DNA of 64,000 nt from an uncultured Spirochaetota bacterium (GTDB lineage: Bacteria; Spirochaetota; Brevinematia; Brevinematales; JAOACQ01): assembly GCA_963835575.1 (NCBI GenBank), contig CAWIGG010000005.1, forward strand, positions 224,001-288,000. Reading direction: 5' to 3'. Below the pieces are notes generated by a model, which saw nothing but the letters and a program-made list of their open reading frames with translations, was not told where the DNA came from and did no database searches. The translations under genes were made by a program, and so were the position numbers. Positions 28,891 to 39,366 of the stretch are shown one piece after another (the stretch's first letter is position 1; each line of letters opens with the position of its first letter).

Positions 28891-30165
28891 TCAATAAGCA
28901 GGCGTTGGAACGTTTTCCCAGGCTGTCGCTTTTTTAACAATTTTCAGGTTTATGATTTCACCTGTTCTCGTATCAATATCAGCAAAAAAAGAAGGTGTCT
29001 TAACGGTGTCAAATGCCAACAGCTGCCTTCCTTGAATATGTTTCATGCTGCTATTTTGCACTTCCGTAAAGATCACTCTTCTGTAAGGACAATTATCGCA
29101 ATCCAAAGACGGGTCGTTGATGCCCAGCGGACAATGATGCCTCCTTGCGACTTTGGGATCGACATGATTCATTTGAGCCATATTCAATACCGGCGATGCC
29201 CTTAAATGCTGGAAGGGATGTAAAATCCAGTCGTTTATCAAAGAAACAGTGTGATGCTGTTTGAATAAGTGATAATTTTCCTCGGTATCGGCTATCATGC
29301 CCTGCATGATATAATCAACGGGCATGAGATAGCCCAGGTACTCTTTATTGTTATCCAATGGATCGAGCTTTCCGTTATTATGGTCGTTTTCTATTTCCAG
29401 GGCGACAGCCGGCATTAATGCCGAATCTTCAGGCAGCATCGATACCAGGCTGAAATTATTCTTAACATCGATTGCAATGGAGTTCAAGGTAATATTATAA
29501 AGCGCAAAACCTGAAATCATAACGATAAGTATAAGCAATAAAGAAACACTTATGTTTTTTATGATTTTATTCGGGATCAATGCATCAACAGGCTTGAACC
29601 ATTTATCGATGAACTTTGGGAAAAACATACCCGTATTTTCCATATATTTCATATAGCTGTCCCCGTACTGGCTGAGCATCCGCCGTTCCTCATCTTTCGC
29701 GAGGAAATAATACAGGATAAGCATAATGGATAATGTCGCCAGAACAATAAATCTCGGCCACAATATGCTCATGCCGATCCCCCACAGGGCGAGTGAAAGA
29801 TACTGCGGATGCCGGATTATTTTATATATCCCCTTGTCCGCAATACCCCATTTAAATATTTTTCCCAGATAAACCTGCAGCGCGCAGATTATGAAAGATA
29901 CAAAGCCGAGAACAAATAGAATGGAGCCGCTGACACGGATAATTTTCAAGAAAAGGGTCGGCGGCAATATCATATGAGGCAAAAAGAAGGAAGTAAGCCA
30001 CCTGGTTGCCGGGAATTGCCCCAGCCAGTTAAAAACCGGATTAAACACGGAGTAAAAGAAAAACGCGAACGGACTTATCATGATCATAATTTCAAAAGCC
30101 ATGATAAAAAACACGATTATACCGCCGCGGGCTATAATCCTGGCGATAATCCCTTTGTTGTTCAT
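28891..30165 (-). CDS. ICMT/PEMT-like membrane methyltransferase with His/Cys-rich C-terminal domain
   Basis: GIYKIIRHPQY, EERRM..YG..Y..Y...GMFFP; tail with HHCPLG..CDNCPY. Confidence 0.75.
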   Translation of the reverse strand: MNNKGIIARIIARGGIIVFFIMAFEIMIMISPFAFFFYSVFNPVFNWLGQFPATRWLTSFFLPHMILPPTLFLKIIRVSGSILFVLGFVSFIICALQVYLGKIFKWGIADKGIYKIIRHPQYLSLALWGIGMSILWPRFIVLATLSIMLILYYFLAKDEERRMLSQYGDSYMKYMENTGMFFPKFIDKWFKPVDALIPNKIIKNISVSLLLILIVMISGFALYNITLNSIAIDVKNNFSLVSMLPEDSALMPAVALEIENDHNNGKLDPLDNNKEYLGYLMPVDYIMQGMIADTEENYHLFKQHHTVSLINDWILHPFQHLRASPVLNMAQMNHVDPKVARRHHCPLGINDPSLDCDNCPYRRVIFTEVQNSSMKHIQGRQLLAFDTVKTPSFFADIDTRTGEIINLKIVKKATAWENVPTPAY

Positions 30166-30201
30166 ACGAAACCTCCTGAAATTTAATAACAATATTGCAG
30201 C

Positions 30202-30590
30202 TTATTTTGATAATTTCATGAAAGAAGTCCATGTAATATATATACCCATCATTATTACAAATAAACCGAATGCAAATCTGAGATAATTGGTATTTATTTT
30301 CAAAGCGATCCTGGAAAAAAACCAGGCGGAAATAAGAAGCGTGATCGCTATTATTATTGCGGCCCTAATGTCAACGTTGCCGTTCCGGTAGTATTCAATA
30401 GCGGAAGCAATACTGACCGGCAATAAAAGGATAAAGAGGTTTGTCCCTGTCGCCGTCTGCTGTGAGAAGCCGACAAGTATACCAAAGCCGGTATAATAAT
30501 TAACCCTCCCGCAAGACCAAAGAAACCGGTTACAGCACCCGAGACCGCTCCGATCAGTATAAATAAAGGAATAGACGCTTGAAAACTCAT
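30202..30590 (-). pseudogene. Half-size TauE/SafE-family permease, frameshifted
   Basis: GFFGLAGGLIIIPAL then GFSQQTATGT..YYRNGNVD in another frame; shift near 30470. Confidence 0.8.
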
Positions 30591-30613
30591 TATTTGCCTC
30601 TATATTATAATAT

Positions 30614-31897
30614 GGGCGGTTTTAAAAACCGCCTAATTTATCAACACTTCCCTGATAATAGAAAATATTTTAAAAATATTTCTGCCAACAGGTTAAAAAC
30701 TGTTTCTATTACCAAAATTCAGCCAAACACGGGCAATATTATCCATATCTTCTGTATTTTAAGCCGCACAAGACGCAATTCGACCTTTTACCACAACATA
30801 CCGTGCTAAATTATAAACCAGATTCATCAGCCCGATTTGGCTCTCTGCCCTTTCTTTTCCTATCGATCGTATTGTACTGCCGTTCATACTATTTTCAACA
30901 AAACCAAAAACATGCTCAACACGAACTCGGATGCGGCTCTTTCTTCTATTTTTTTCTTTCTGCTTCTCCGTCAATGGCTTATTTCTGTATCCTTTTTCGT
31001 GAATCCGGTTTTTCATCTCAAATTTTTCTAATATTCCTGCTACCGTTGGGCCAACATATGCGCTGTCCGCGTAAAACGGCTTCCCTTTGTCTTTCTCATT
31101 CAATAGAGGTTCAACTACCTGTGAATCGTGAACGCTCGCATCTGTCGTGACATAAGAACGAATAAGTTTTGACTTCACATCAACCTTTGTATGGTTTTTG
31201 TATCCGTAATGCCTCTCTTTATTCTTGGTCATCCAGCGCGCATCCGTGTCTTTATGGGAAAGCTTATGCGTATTATCTTTCCAATCTTCCGGAACCTCGC
31301 CTTCTTTTATTTTCTTGTTTTCTTCGCGGCTGTTCCTCTGCCGGGGAACATCCACAAAACTTGCGTCTACCATAACGCCCGCTTTCCCTATCACACCTTT
31401 ATTCTCAAGATTCTCATCGAATATTTTAAAAAGTTTCTCTATTGCTTTCGCTTTCGTCAGTTTTTCCTTGAATTCCCAGATTTTACTGTAGTCCGGAACT
31501 TTGTCCGAAAGTGTTATCCCAAGATATCGCTGAACGGATAACCTGTCATTGATCTGAAATTCCGCTTGCTCATCGGAAAGATTGTAATACCTCTGGAATA
31601 TCAGTATCTTGAACATGAAAACATAGTCATAATGTGGCGCTCCGCCCGGCGCCTTCTGCTCTTTCGGCGCCAAAATCTCTGTTAACAGCGGCCGGAACAT
31701 CTCAAAGTCTACAACCCTGTTAAGCTTATCCAGCGGTGTTTTTACGCCGCTTAGCTTTTCCATCCGCTCCTGATATTCAAACAAGTTACGGTCTTTCCGC
31801 TTAATTTTTGTCATAGCCTTACCTCTGTTTTCTTTGACTATGATTATATGTTTTTATATACTATTTGTATATGATACGTGGGTTTTTCAAACCGCCC
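30614..31897 (-). mobile_element. IS5-family insertion sequence
   Basis: IR GGGCGGTTTTAAAAACC / GGTTTTTCAAACCGCCC; 4-bp duplication ATAT. Confidence 0.92.
30759..31814 (-). CDS. IS5-family transposase, apparently intact
   Basis: LSDEQAEFQINDRLS, VDASFV, DTDARW, YGYKNH, ADSAY, RVRVEHVFG. Confidence 0.95.
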   Translation of the reverse strand: MTKIKRKDRNLFEYQERMEKLSGVKTPLDKLNRVVDFEMFRPLLTEILAPKEQKAPGGAPHYDYVFMFKILIFQRYYNLSDEQAEFQINDRLSVQRYLGITLSDKVPDYSKIWEFKEKLTKAKAIEKLFKIFDENLENKGVIGKAGVMVDASFVDVPRQRNSREENKKIKEGEVPEDWKDNTHKLSHKDTDARWMTKNKERHYGYKNHTKVDVKSKLIRSYVTTDASVHDSQVVEPLLNEKDKGKPFYADSAYVGPTVAGILEKFEMKNRIHEKGYRNKPLTEKQKEKNRRKSRIRVRVEHVFGFVENSMNGSTIRSIGKERAESQIGLMNLVYNLARYVVVKGRIASCAA

Positions 31898-31971
31898 ATA
31901 TAATAATATAATCTCAAATAAAGATGCAATATTAAAAATATATATTTAACATATAAAGTATGCCGGGGATT

Positions 31972-32772
31972 TTAAATTTCGATCGTATTCCCTGTAAAAT
32001 TATAAAACACTTTGTCTTTTAAGGACTCTTTCATAATCGCGTATTTTTCTATGCCAGTACAGTGACAAACGCCGATTTTACCAATATTGTATTTTAATAG
32101 TTCGCTTATCAATTTTCCGGTCAGATCATTGTCCGCGTCTTTCAGATGAAAGCCTCCGAGAACAAGGTCTATCGGGATTTGAAAAACAGTCCTGGCGGAT
32201 TGAATGATATTTGAAATTCCCCTGTGGGAACATCCGCTTATGATATTCATTTTTTTATCTCTGATGATGACGATAAACTGCTCATCCGTAAAAGTATCTT
32301 CAAGAAAACCACTGCTGTCTTTAATGAACATATTTGTAAAATGTGTATCCCAGACGTTTTTTATATCAATATTTGGAATAACAAAAAAACCGGGGTATAT
32401 TTCGGTGACATCTTTTACAAACCTGATTCTATGACTGAATAGCGCCTTATCATTTTTTATACCGATGAATTCTTCTTTATTTTTATATTTTGGGGTAAAA
32501 AAGCCTTCTTTGATATAAATCGATGCTTTTTGATTTATCCGGCAGAACGGCTCAAGCCCTCCAGCGTGGTCGTAGTGCCCATGGCTTATTATGACCCTAT
32601 CAACCTGCGACATATCAATGCCGAGGTTCTCCGCGTTTTTTATAAAATTTCCATCCTGCCCGGTATCGAAAAGGATTTTTTTACCGTCCATTTCTATCAG
32701 AAGCGACAATCCATGTTCCGCTGTCAAATTTTTACTGAAAACAGTATTTTCTATTAAGACGGTGATCTTCAA
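31972..32772 (-). CDS. Metallo-beta-lactamase-fold hydrolase (COG1237-like)
   Basis: AEHGLS, LFDTG, ISHGHYDHAGG, GCSHRG, GGFHL, HCTG. Confidence 0.9.
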   Translation of the reverse strand: MKITVLIENTVFSKNLTAEHGLSLLIEMDGKKILFDTGQDGNFIKNAENLGIDMSQVDRVIISHGHYDHAGGLEPFCRINQKASIYIKEGFFTPKYKNKEEFIGIKNDKALFSHRIRFVKDVTEIYPGFFVIPNIDIKNVWDTHFTNMFIKDSSGFLEDTFTDEQFIVIIRDKKMNIISGCSHRGISNIIQSARTVFQIPIDLVLGGFHLKDADNDLTGKLISELLKYNIGKIGVCHCTGIEKYAIMKESLKDKVFYNFTGNTIEI

Positions 32773-32792
32773 GAAACCTCCTCTGGAGCTGT

Positions 32793-33446
32793 TTATTTCC
32801 TGGCAATGACCATCATATGTTCCACTTCTTTTTTCTGCCAGGGGCTGTATTCCATAATATTTTCTACAGATACTTCGCCGTAATTTTTTAATAAAAGCCT
32901 GACCTCTTCTTCAGTGAAAAAATGGTGGACGATATCCCCGTCGGGAGCGTCGATGTGAAGAAAGGAGTTTTTTTCCACCTCGATGGTTTCCGACCCGGAC
33001 ACATATTGATAAAATTCAACAGGGGTTATGATTAAAAACAAAATGCCGCCGTCTTCAATTATATTCTCGATTTCATAAAACATTTTCTCGATTTCCCGGT
33101 ACTTTCCATGGCTCAGCACATTGACGCATACCGCGAAATCATATTTCTCTTGAATGCCGGACAGGTCCTTCAAGTCAAATTGCGACACCTTGATATTATA
33201 AGCCGGTTTGATATTTTGCTTAAGGATTTCCAGCGCGTTTATCGATGAATCGACGGCATGGACAAAATATCCTTTTTCAGCAAAATAGATGGAATGCCTG
33301 CCGGTCCCGCATCCCAGGTCTATGATTTTTCTAATGCTGTTTTTTTTTAAGGCTTCAAAATATTTCACGAGGTTTTCGTTGGGTCCGCTGATCACCAGTT
33401 CCCGGTTTTTAAATAAATCGTTCCAGTCTGCCATTTTATTCTCCAC
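32793..33446 (-). CDS. Class I SAM-dependent methyltransferase
   Basis: IIDLGCGTGRH, AVDSS, GGIL. Confidence 0.85.
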   Translation of the reverse strand: MENKMADWNDLFKNRELVISGPNENLVKYFEALKKNSIRKIIDLGCGTGRHSIYFAEKGYFVHAVDSSINALEILKQNIKPAYNIKVSQFDLKDLSGIQEKYDFAVCVNVLSHGKYREIEKMFYEIENIIEDGGILFLIITPVEFYQYVSGSETIEVEKNSFLHIDAPDGDIVHHFFTEEEVRLLLKNYGEVSVENIMEYSPWQKKEVEHMMVIARK

Positions 33447-33451
33447 ATATA

Positions 33452-33895
33452 TTATAACATTTTATTTGTAATCCAATTTTTCGCGTCTTCGGAAATTTTC
33501 ATTTTATTTAAAATATCTTCCGGGATTTTAACAGGCTTTTTCGTTTCTTTCAGGATAAAGCAATGTTCCGTATAGCCGTAACAGAGCAGTTCATTTTCAT
33601 CTCTGAAAATCAGATAATCCACACGGATTTTAGCGCGGGTGATTTTTGTAAAAGCCGCATGGACCCTGATTTCATCGTCAAAGTAGGCCGGAGAAACATA
33701 TTTTGTAAACACTTTTGTCACCGGCAGCAGGATACCTTTTGTTTCCAGTTCCCTGTAATTGACCCCGCAATCACGGAATAAATTCATGCGCGCCAGTTCC
33801 ATCCAAATGGTATGATTGGAATGATGTATAAACCCCATCTGGTCGCTTTCTTCGTAGCAGGCGCGGATTTTAGTGATATTTATCATATAATTCAC
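33452..33895 (-). CDS. YbgC/FadM-family acyl-CoA thioesterase
   Basis: ESDQMG.IHHSN...W.ELAR, Y.SPA.FDD. Confidence 0.85.
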   Translation of the reverse strand: MNYMINITKIRACYEESDQMGFIHHSNHTIWMELARMNLFRDCGVNYRELETKGILLPVTKVFTKYVSPAYFDDEIRVHAAFTKITRAKIRVDYLIFRDENELLCYGYTEHCFILKETKKPVKIPEDILNKMKISEDAKNWITNKML

Positions 33896-34626
33896 CTCAA
33901 TTTTAATATAAATACCATAATAAAAATTCCCGCCATCATAAAAATAATCTGATGGGGAAGTTTCATTCTGGTATGATGATGGGTCATGGGAATCAGATCG
34001 CCGATTGCGATATAGATAAAACTTGAGGCGGCAAGAGCGATGATATAAGGAATGGCCGTCTTAACCTGAGAAAGAAAATAGAATCCCAGGATGCCGCCAA
34101 GCAGGCTGGTTGCCCCGGACAGTAAATTATACCAGTAGGCCTTTTTTGGGGAAAACCCGCTCTTGAGTAGAATAACAAAGTCGCTGATTTCCTGCGGCGC
34201 CTCATGAGCAGCGACAGACAGGGCGATTATCAATCCCTGTTCAAAACCCATGAGAAAACCGGCCGCGATAGCGGCTCCGTCCATGAAATTATGAACCCCG
34301 TCGCCGACCAATACAAGGACGCCGCTCTGCGTATGCGCCTCGCATTCAGGATTATGGCAATGTTTCAGTATTAAAAGCCTTTCAAGCAGATAAAACAATA
34401 AAATCCCGAACAATAAAACTGCCATGATAATGCCGGTATTGCCTGAAGCCAATGCTTTAGGAATCATGCTGATAAAAGCCGTCGCCAGCATAATGCCTAT
34501 AGCGAATGAGATTAATCCTTCGGTGATGACCGGATGGTTCAATTTTTTGGCGATAACAATAAAAAACGCCAGGCTGATTGAAACTAATGTGGATAAAACA
34601 ATGAATAAAATTATCCAGAACAGCAT
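33892..34626 (-). CDS. ZIP-family metal transporter
   Basis: HCH loop, GDGVHNFMDG, HEAPQEISDF, FIYIA.GDLIP. Confidence 0.9.
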   Translation of the reverse strand: MLFWIILFIVLSTLVSISLAFFIVIAKKLNHPVITEGLISFAIGIMLATAFISMIPKALASGNTGIIMAVLLFGILLFYLLERLLILKHCHNPECEAHTQSGVLVLVGDGVHNFMDGAAIAAGFLMGFEQGLIIALSVAAHEAPQEISDFVILLKSGFSPKKAYWYNLLSGATSLLGGILGFYFLSQVKTAIPYIIALAASSFIYIAIGDLIPMTHHHTRMKLPHQIIFMMAGIFIMVFILKLR

Positions 34627-34666
34627 GAATTTTTCTCCTCTATTTGTTTATTCAATAAAACGATAA

Positions 34667-35719
34667 TCACGATTGTCTTTCTAAATTTATTTTACAATGC
34701 GGACACTTCAATGTAGAGCAGGGTATGCCGGGCCGGTGGTCGATTTTATAACCGCATTGCGGACATGCGCAATAGCCACCCGGGCCTTTACCGGACAGTT
34801 CTTCGGTTTCTTTTTTGAACCTGCCTCTTTTCTGCCAGCCGAAACCTCTGCCGAAGGACGGACTGTAAAATCCCGTCGAAACATCGTGGCTTTCTATCTG
34901 GATCACGACAAAAATGAGATTCCTGATTTCTTTAATAAGCTTTTCCCTTAACATACCGGAAACTTTCGCGGCGTTCTCCACGCTTAAATTGCCCGGAAGT
35001 TTTATCGCCAAATTGGCGGTTATTACAGCGCCTTTTTTCTGTGTCTTTAAAGAGGCGATTTCTATCTTATTTTCTCCGGCTATCGATTTTATTTTTTGCT
35101 CTATTTCCCCGCCCGCGGAAACATCGAGTAATGAATCGACCGCTTCTTTGCCGAGAGAAATAGACTCCTTGATGATATAAAGGCCGATCAGCAAAGCCAG
35201 CGCCGGATCGGAATATGTCCAGTATTTTGCCAGGAACAAACCGGCCAGAACCGCTAAAGAAACAAAAACATCAACCCTGGAATGGATCCCGTCCGATAGC
35301 AGGGCAATGGAATTCTCTTTTTTCCCGAAATGTATTTTCAACCGCGCCATAATTTCATTAATGACCGCCGAAAAAATCATAACTATAAATGCGAGATTAT
35401 CTATTTTCATTTTTTGGGGTTTAATGAATCCCTGATAAGCGTTATAAATAATCCCCAAACCTGTGCCGAGCAATATCAAAGTGATAATGGCGCCGGCTAA
35501 AACCTCGAACTTATAATGACCGTAAGGATGTTTTTCATCGACCGGTTTTTTGGAAATTTTAATTCCGATAAATCCGATGGCTGAAGCGAAAATATCCATG
35601 AAAGAATGCAGTCCTTCAGCTAAAACCGCCGCGGATTTTGTCATGATTCCCGCCGCGATTTTTCCGCCGGCTAAGATTATGTTTATAAAGATTGAAATGA
35701 CAGCCATTTTTTCTTTCAT
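34667..35719 (-). CDS. Cation diffusion facilitator with Cys-rich C-terminal domain
   Basis: AEGLHS..D, HPYGH.K.E, SDGIH.R.D; tail GPGGYCACPQCG..PC....CPHC. Confidence 0.9.
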   Translation of the reverse strand: MKEKMAVISIFINIILAGGKIAAGIMTKSAAVLAEGLHSFMDIFASAIGFIGIKISKKPVDEKHPYGHYKFEVLAGAIITLILLGTGLGIIYNAYQGFIKPQKMKIDNLAFIVMIFSAVINEIMARLKIHFGKKENSIALLSDGIHSRVDVFVSLAVLAGLFLAKYWTYSDPALALLIGLYIIKESISLGKEAVDSLLDVSAGGEIEQKIKSIAGENKIEIASLKTQKKGAVITANLAIKLPGNLSVENAAKVSGMLREKLIKEIRNLIFVVIQIESHDVSTGFYSPSFGRGFGWQKRGRFKKETEELSGKGPGGYCACPQCGYKIDHRPGIPCSTLKCPHCKINLERQS

Positions 35720-36690
35720 ATCAATTCCTTATTATAATGAACCAGGTAATATAAAACGTTGTTTTCCGCCCTGGCGATGACCTTGCCTTGACTTATCAAA
35801 TCTTCTATGTGTTTTAAAACCTCGTTTCTGTGAATATGGAGACCGGCCGCGATACCGTCAATGGAACAGGGCCGCCTTTTCAGAAGATTGAAAATCTCAT
35901 CTTTACTTGCATTAAAGTACAGGTCTTTATGAATCTCATTAAAATCAGCGATTATTTCCACTTCCCCCTTAAAAAGCTTTTTTATCTCAATCATTTGTTT
36001 CATCGGGACAGGATATGCGTAAGACTCGGCGGGAGGGCGGGTTACCGTGTTCAATTGAATTTTATCCGGGTTTATTTTTTCCGCCAAGGCCGAGATTTTA
36101 TTTATTTCCGATTCAATCGCGGTCACGCCTCCCAGGAGAAAGACCTCAAGCCATAACTCGTTTGAAAATTCGCTTTTAAAGCCGGCTATTCCCTCCCCCA
36201 TTCTTTCCAATGTTATGTCATTATGAGGCCTGTCCACATATTTAAATAAATCGTCATTTCCCGCGTCTAAAGAAGGAATGACCAGGTCCGCTTCCTTCAG
36301 GCCCTCCTGAACGTCCTTATCCCATAATAAAGAACCGTTTGTCAATACCGCCACGGGAAAATCCGTTCTTGATTTTATTCCCGCAATTAACTCTTTCAGT
36401 CTGAGATATAAGGTCGGTTCGCCCGAGCCGGACAGGGTTATATAATCAATGATGCAGTCCTCTCGCAGCTTCCGGTCAATTTCCTTCAAAATATATTCCA
36501 GCGGCGCATACTCTTTCCTCTCAGTGGTTTTATTTGTTGTCCGGCCAAGCTGGCAGTATATACAATCATAAGAGCAGGTTTTATAAGGAACCAGGTCAAC
36601 TCCAAGCGAATGTCCCAGCCTTCTTGAGGGAACGGGACCGAAAACGTACCGGTATGTTTTTTCTTTCAAAGCGTTCTCCTTTTTTTCCAT
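35716..36690 (-). CDS. Radical SAM protein (COG0731-like)
   Basis: FGPVPSRRLG.SLG, CSYDCIYC, SGSGEPTL. Confidence 0.9.
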   Translation of the reverse strand: MEKKENALKEKTYRYVFGPVPSRRLGHSLGVDLVPYKTCSYDCIYCQLGRTTNKTTERKEYAPLEYILKEIDRKLREDCIIDYITLSGSGEPTLYLRLKELIAGIKSRTDFPVAVLTNGSLLWDKDVQEGLKEADLVIPSLDAGNDDLFKYVDRPHNDITLERMGEGIAGFKSEFSNELWLEVFLLGGVTAIESEINKISALAEKINPDKIQLNTVTRPPAESYAYPVPMKQMIEIKKLFKGEVEIIADFNEIHKDLYFNASKDEIFNLLKRRPCSIDGIAAGLHIHRNEVLKHIEDLISQGKVIARAENNVLYYLVHYNKELI

Positions 36691-36904
36691 CCCGTGTTTC
36701 CTTTAAAAACACAGTATGGAATAAAAACATAGCCGCGCTAAAACCTCAAAACAGCCGCCCATCAATCTAAAGCCGTATAAATAAAGCGCAATCCAATAAA
36801 CGGCTTAAATATATTTATCGAGGAGAGGCCTTTCCGGGCGTACGGACTGAAGTCCTGCAATAAGGCCGGAAGAATAATCACATTTGTCCTGTAAACTGAA
36901 GCTT

Positions 36905-37213
36905 TCAGCCTTTTTTAATTTTTCCTATTTCTTCTTCCACTTCGGCGGCGCCCCTGTCGTAAAATTTCTCCTCATCCGGCGCGAGATGCTTTAAAAGCCT
37001 CAGAAATTCCCCGGCGTGCACCCGCTCCTCATCCGCTATGTCCTTTAACACTTCACGCGCCAGCTTATCATCGGTTGACTCCGCGAGCTGCATATAAAGC
37101 TGGACGGCCTCGTACTCCGCGGCAATCATAAATCTCACCGCGCGGACAAGTTCTTCATGGTTCAGCTTGCGGTCATTCGCAAGCCCCGAAAATGCTGTAC
37201 TGAATTCAGGCAT
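36905..37213 (-). CDS. Small ferritin-like (rubrerythrin/EncFtn-like) protein
   Basis: AEYEAVQLY, IADEERVHAGEF. Confidence 0.85.
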   Translation of the reverse strand: MPEFSTAFSGLANDRKLNHEELVRAVRFMIAAEYEAVQLYMQLAESTDDKLAREVLKDIADEERVHAGEFLRLLKHLAPDEEKFYDRGAAEVEEEIGKIKKG

Positions 37214-37299
37214 AGCCTGCCTCCTGCGATTGATTGTTTTTTAATACGGACTTAAGTGATATTTATCATACCCGGCCTCTATTATGTTATCCGGACTCT

Positions 37300-38253
37300 T
37301 TATTTATCATCCGGTTCCGGCGTCGTTAAAGTATCGTAATATTTCACAAAATTGTCTTTTTCAGCAGAATCCCTGAAAGCTATAGCGCTGCGCGGGTGCT
37401 CATTGAGCATGCCCGATATCATATAGGGAATGATATATCCCCATTCCACCTGCCTGCCGAGCGGCAGGTAATGGTCCTGGATCAGCCTCAATACGGGCCT
37501 TAAATCGAATTTCGGGTTTTTTAAAAAATGAAGGAGCAGTTCCAGGGGGCAGTTGCCGGGGCCTCTCCCGATCCCGTAAACGGAAGCGTCCAGAATATTC
37601 GAATTGTCGATAATGGCCTGAATGGTATTCGCGAACGCGAGCTGGCGGTTATTGTGAGTGTGGATACCGATCGTCTTGCCGGGCAGGGCCTCCCTGTATT
37701 TTTTAACGAGATATGTCACATCTTCGCTGTACATGTTGCCGTAGGAGTCCACCACATAAACATAAGGGATTTTTGTTTTGCTTAAATCCAGCAGGGCTTC
37801 GTCAATATCTTTTTCAAGGTTTGTGGATACCGCCATCAGATTGATCGTTGTTTCATAACCTTTACCCATGCAATGTTCCGCTAAAGCGATGCCTTTATCG
37901 ATATCTTTGATATAACAGGCCACCCTGATCATATCAAAAATCGACTGCTCAACCGGCAGGATATCTTTTTCCTCAACCCGGCCTATATCCACCATACAGG
38001 CGAGTTTTATACCGGACTCAATGCCGTCTATGACTTTCTTTACATCGTCTTCTTCGCAAAAACGCCATTTGCCGAATTCTTTGGGGTCAAACTGGCTTTT
38101 CGATGCCTTATAGCCGATTTCCATATAATCAACGCCGGCTTCCGACAGCGCCTGATAGGTGGCCCTGACAAACTCGTCGCTGAATTGCCATTTGTTAATC
38201 AGCCCGCCGTCCCTGATCGAGCAATCGAGCACTTTAATTTCCGGTCTGAACAT
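37300..38253 (-). CDS. DRE-TIM (HMGL-like) aldolase, 4-hydroxy-2-oxovalerate aldolase-like
   Basis: LDCSIRDGG, VDSYG, GIHTHNN, GRGPGNCPLE. Confidence 0.85.
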   Translation of the reverse strand: MFRPEIKVLDCSIRDGGLINKWQFSDEFVRATYQALSEAGVDYMEIGYKASKSQFDPKEFGKWRFCEEDDVKKVIDGIESGIKLACMVDIGRVEEKDILPVEQSIFDMIRVACYIKDIDKGIALAEHCMGKGYETTINLMAVSTNLEKDIDEALLDLSKTKIPYVYVVDSYGNMYSEDVTYLVKKYREALPGKTIGIHTHNNRQLAFANTIQAIIDNSNILDASVYGIGRGPGNCPLELLLHFLKNPKFDLRPVLRLIQDHYLPLGRQVEWGYIIPYMISGMLNEHPRSAIAFRDSAEKDNFVKYYDTLTTPEPDDK

Positions 38254-38348
38254 AGTGATATCTCCTTCATAATTTGAAATAATTAGTGTAAAAAAAACAC
38301 CGCGGGGGATCCGGTGCCCGGATTTTCCCCGTGATCCTTATGCCCGTC

Positions 38349-38717
38349 TTAATGACAATGGCTGTGCCGGCAGGCGTTTTCCGCCGATAATTCACCGAGT
38401 TCATTCTTTTTGTATTTCATAATTATCTCATCGACGGACAGCGCGTTTTCGGCATAATAAACTTTCATTCCAAGGGCGTTCAGTTTTTCAACGGCGCGGA
38501 TTCCCATGCCGCTGCAGACAACAGCTTCGACTTGATTTTCTATTAATCCGTCCGCCGGCTGGCATTGGCCATGTTCATGTTCCTTATTGCCGTTGTCAAT
38601 AAAGCTTAAAACGCCGGTTTGAGCTTCAAAAACGGCATAATAGGGAGCGCTGCCGAAATGGCCGTAAACAATGGATTTCAATCCATTCATGTTTTCTGTG
38701 GGGATTGCGACTTTCAT
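38349..38717 (-). CDS. NifB/NifX-family protein
   Basis: MKVAIP, HFGSAPY, HEHGQC, GMG..A, CRHSHCH tail. Confidence 0.88.
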   Translation of the reverse strand: MKVAIPTENMNGLKSIVYGHFGSAPYYAVFEAQTGVLSFIDNGNKEHEHGQCQPADGLIENQVEAVVCSGMGIRAVEKLNALGMKVYYAENALSVDEIIMKYKKNELGELSAENACRHSHCH

Positions 38718-38742
38718 AATATATTCCTCCAATAGAATACTT

Positions 38743-39366
38743 TTATTTTTTATAACTTTTTAATACGACAAATCCGCCCGTGTCATGCCCTCTTTTAAAG
38801 GGCTGTATTTTGTTTTTAAATTCAAACAGCGTTTGCTTTGACTCCAGTCCTGTAAAACCGGCGGATTTTAACAGTCCCATGACCTCCCGGACCCGGTAAA
38901 ATTTCGCCTGTTTATAAAACCGGCTTTTATCTTTATTCTCAAAATAAAACCGGCCTATCTTACTTTCCAGCGGTACAAAACCAATCAGGATAAAACCGCC
39001 GGGTTTGATTACCCTGAAAGCTTCCTTTAAAGCACGCGCCGGGTTGTCCAGAAAGCAGATGGTCGTAATCAGCGCCGCGAAATCAAAGGCATTATCCGGC
39101 AGGGGTAAGTTCTCGGCGTAAGCCCGGATGACCTTCAGCCCTTTTTTTAGAGAGAGTTTCGCCATTTCCTTTGAAGGTTCTATGCCCATTTTAATTCCAA
39201 GGGGCAGGGCGAACCTGCCGCTGCCGCTACCGATTTCAATCCCGTTTAAGCCATCGGGAATAAAACTTTTAATCAGCCCCAGTTCGGAAAGGAAAACGGC
39301 TTCATTCCTTTCAAACCATTTCTCATAATCGTCAGAATATTGATTAAAAGTTTCAACTCCTGGCAT
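38743..39366 (-). CDS. Class I SAM-dependent methyltransferase
   Basis: EIGSGSGRF, AENLP, TICFLD, RVIKPGG. Confidence 0.88.
   Translation of the reverse strand: MPGVETFNQYSDDYEKWFERNEAVFLSELGLIKSFIPDGLNGIEIGSGSGRFALPLGIKMGIEPSKEMAKLSLKKGLKVIRAYAENLPLPDNAFDFAALITTICFLDNPARALKEAFRVIKPGGFILIGFVPLESKIGRFYFENKDKSRFYKQAKFYRVREVMGLLKSAGFTGLESKQTLFEFKNKIQPFKRGHDTGGFVVLKSYKK

Noticed and set aside
36770..36872. Structured RNA between the ferritin-like and radical SAM genes
   Set aside because: Weak hairpins, no family motif.
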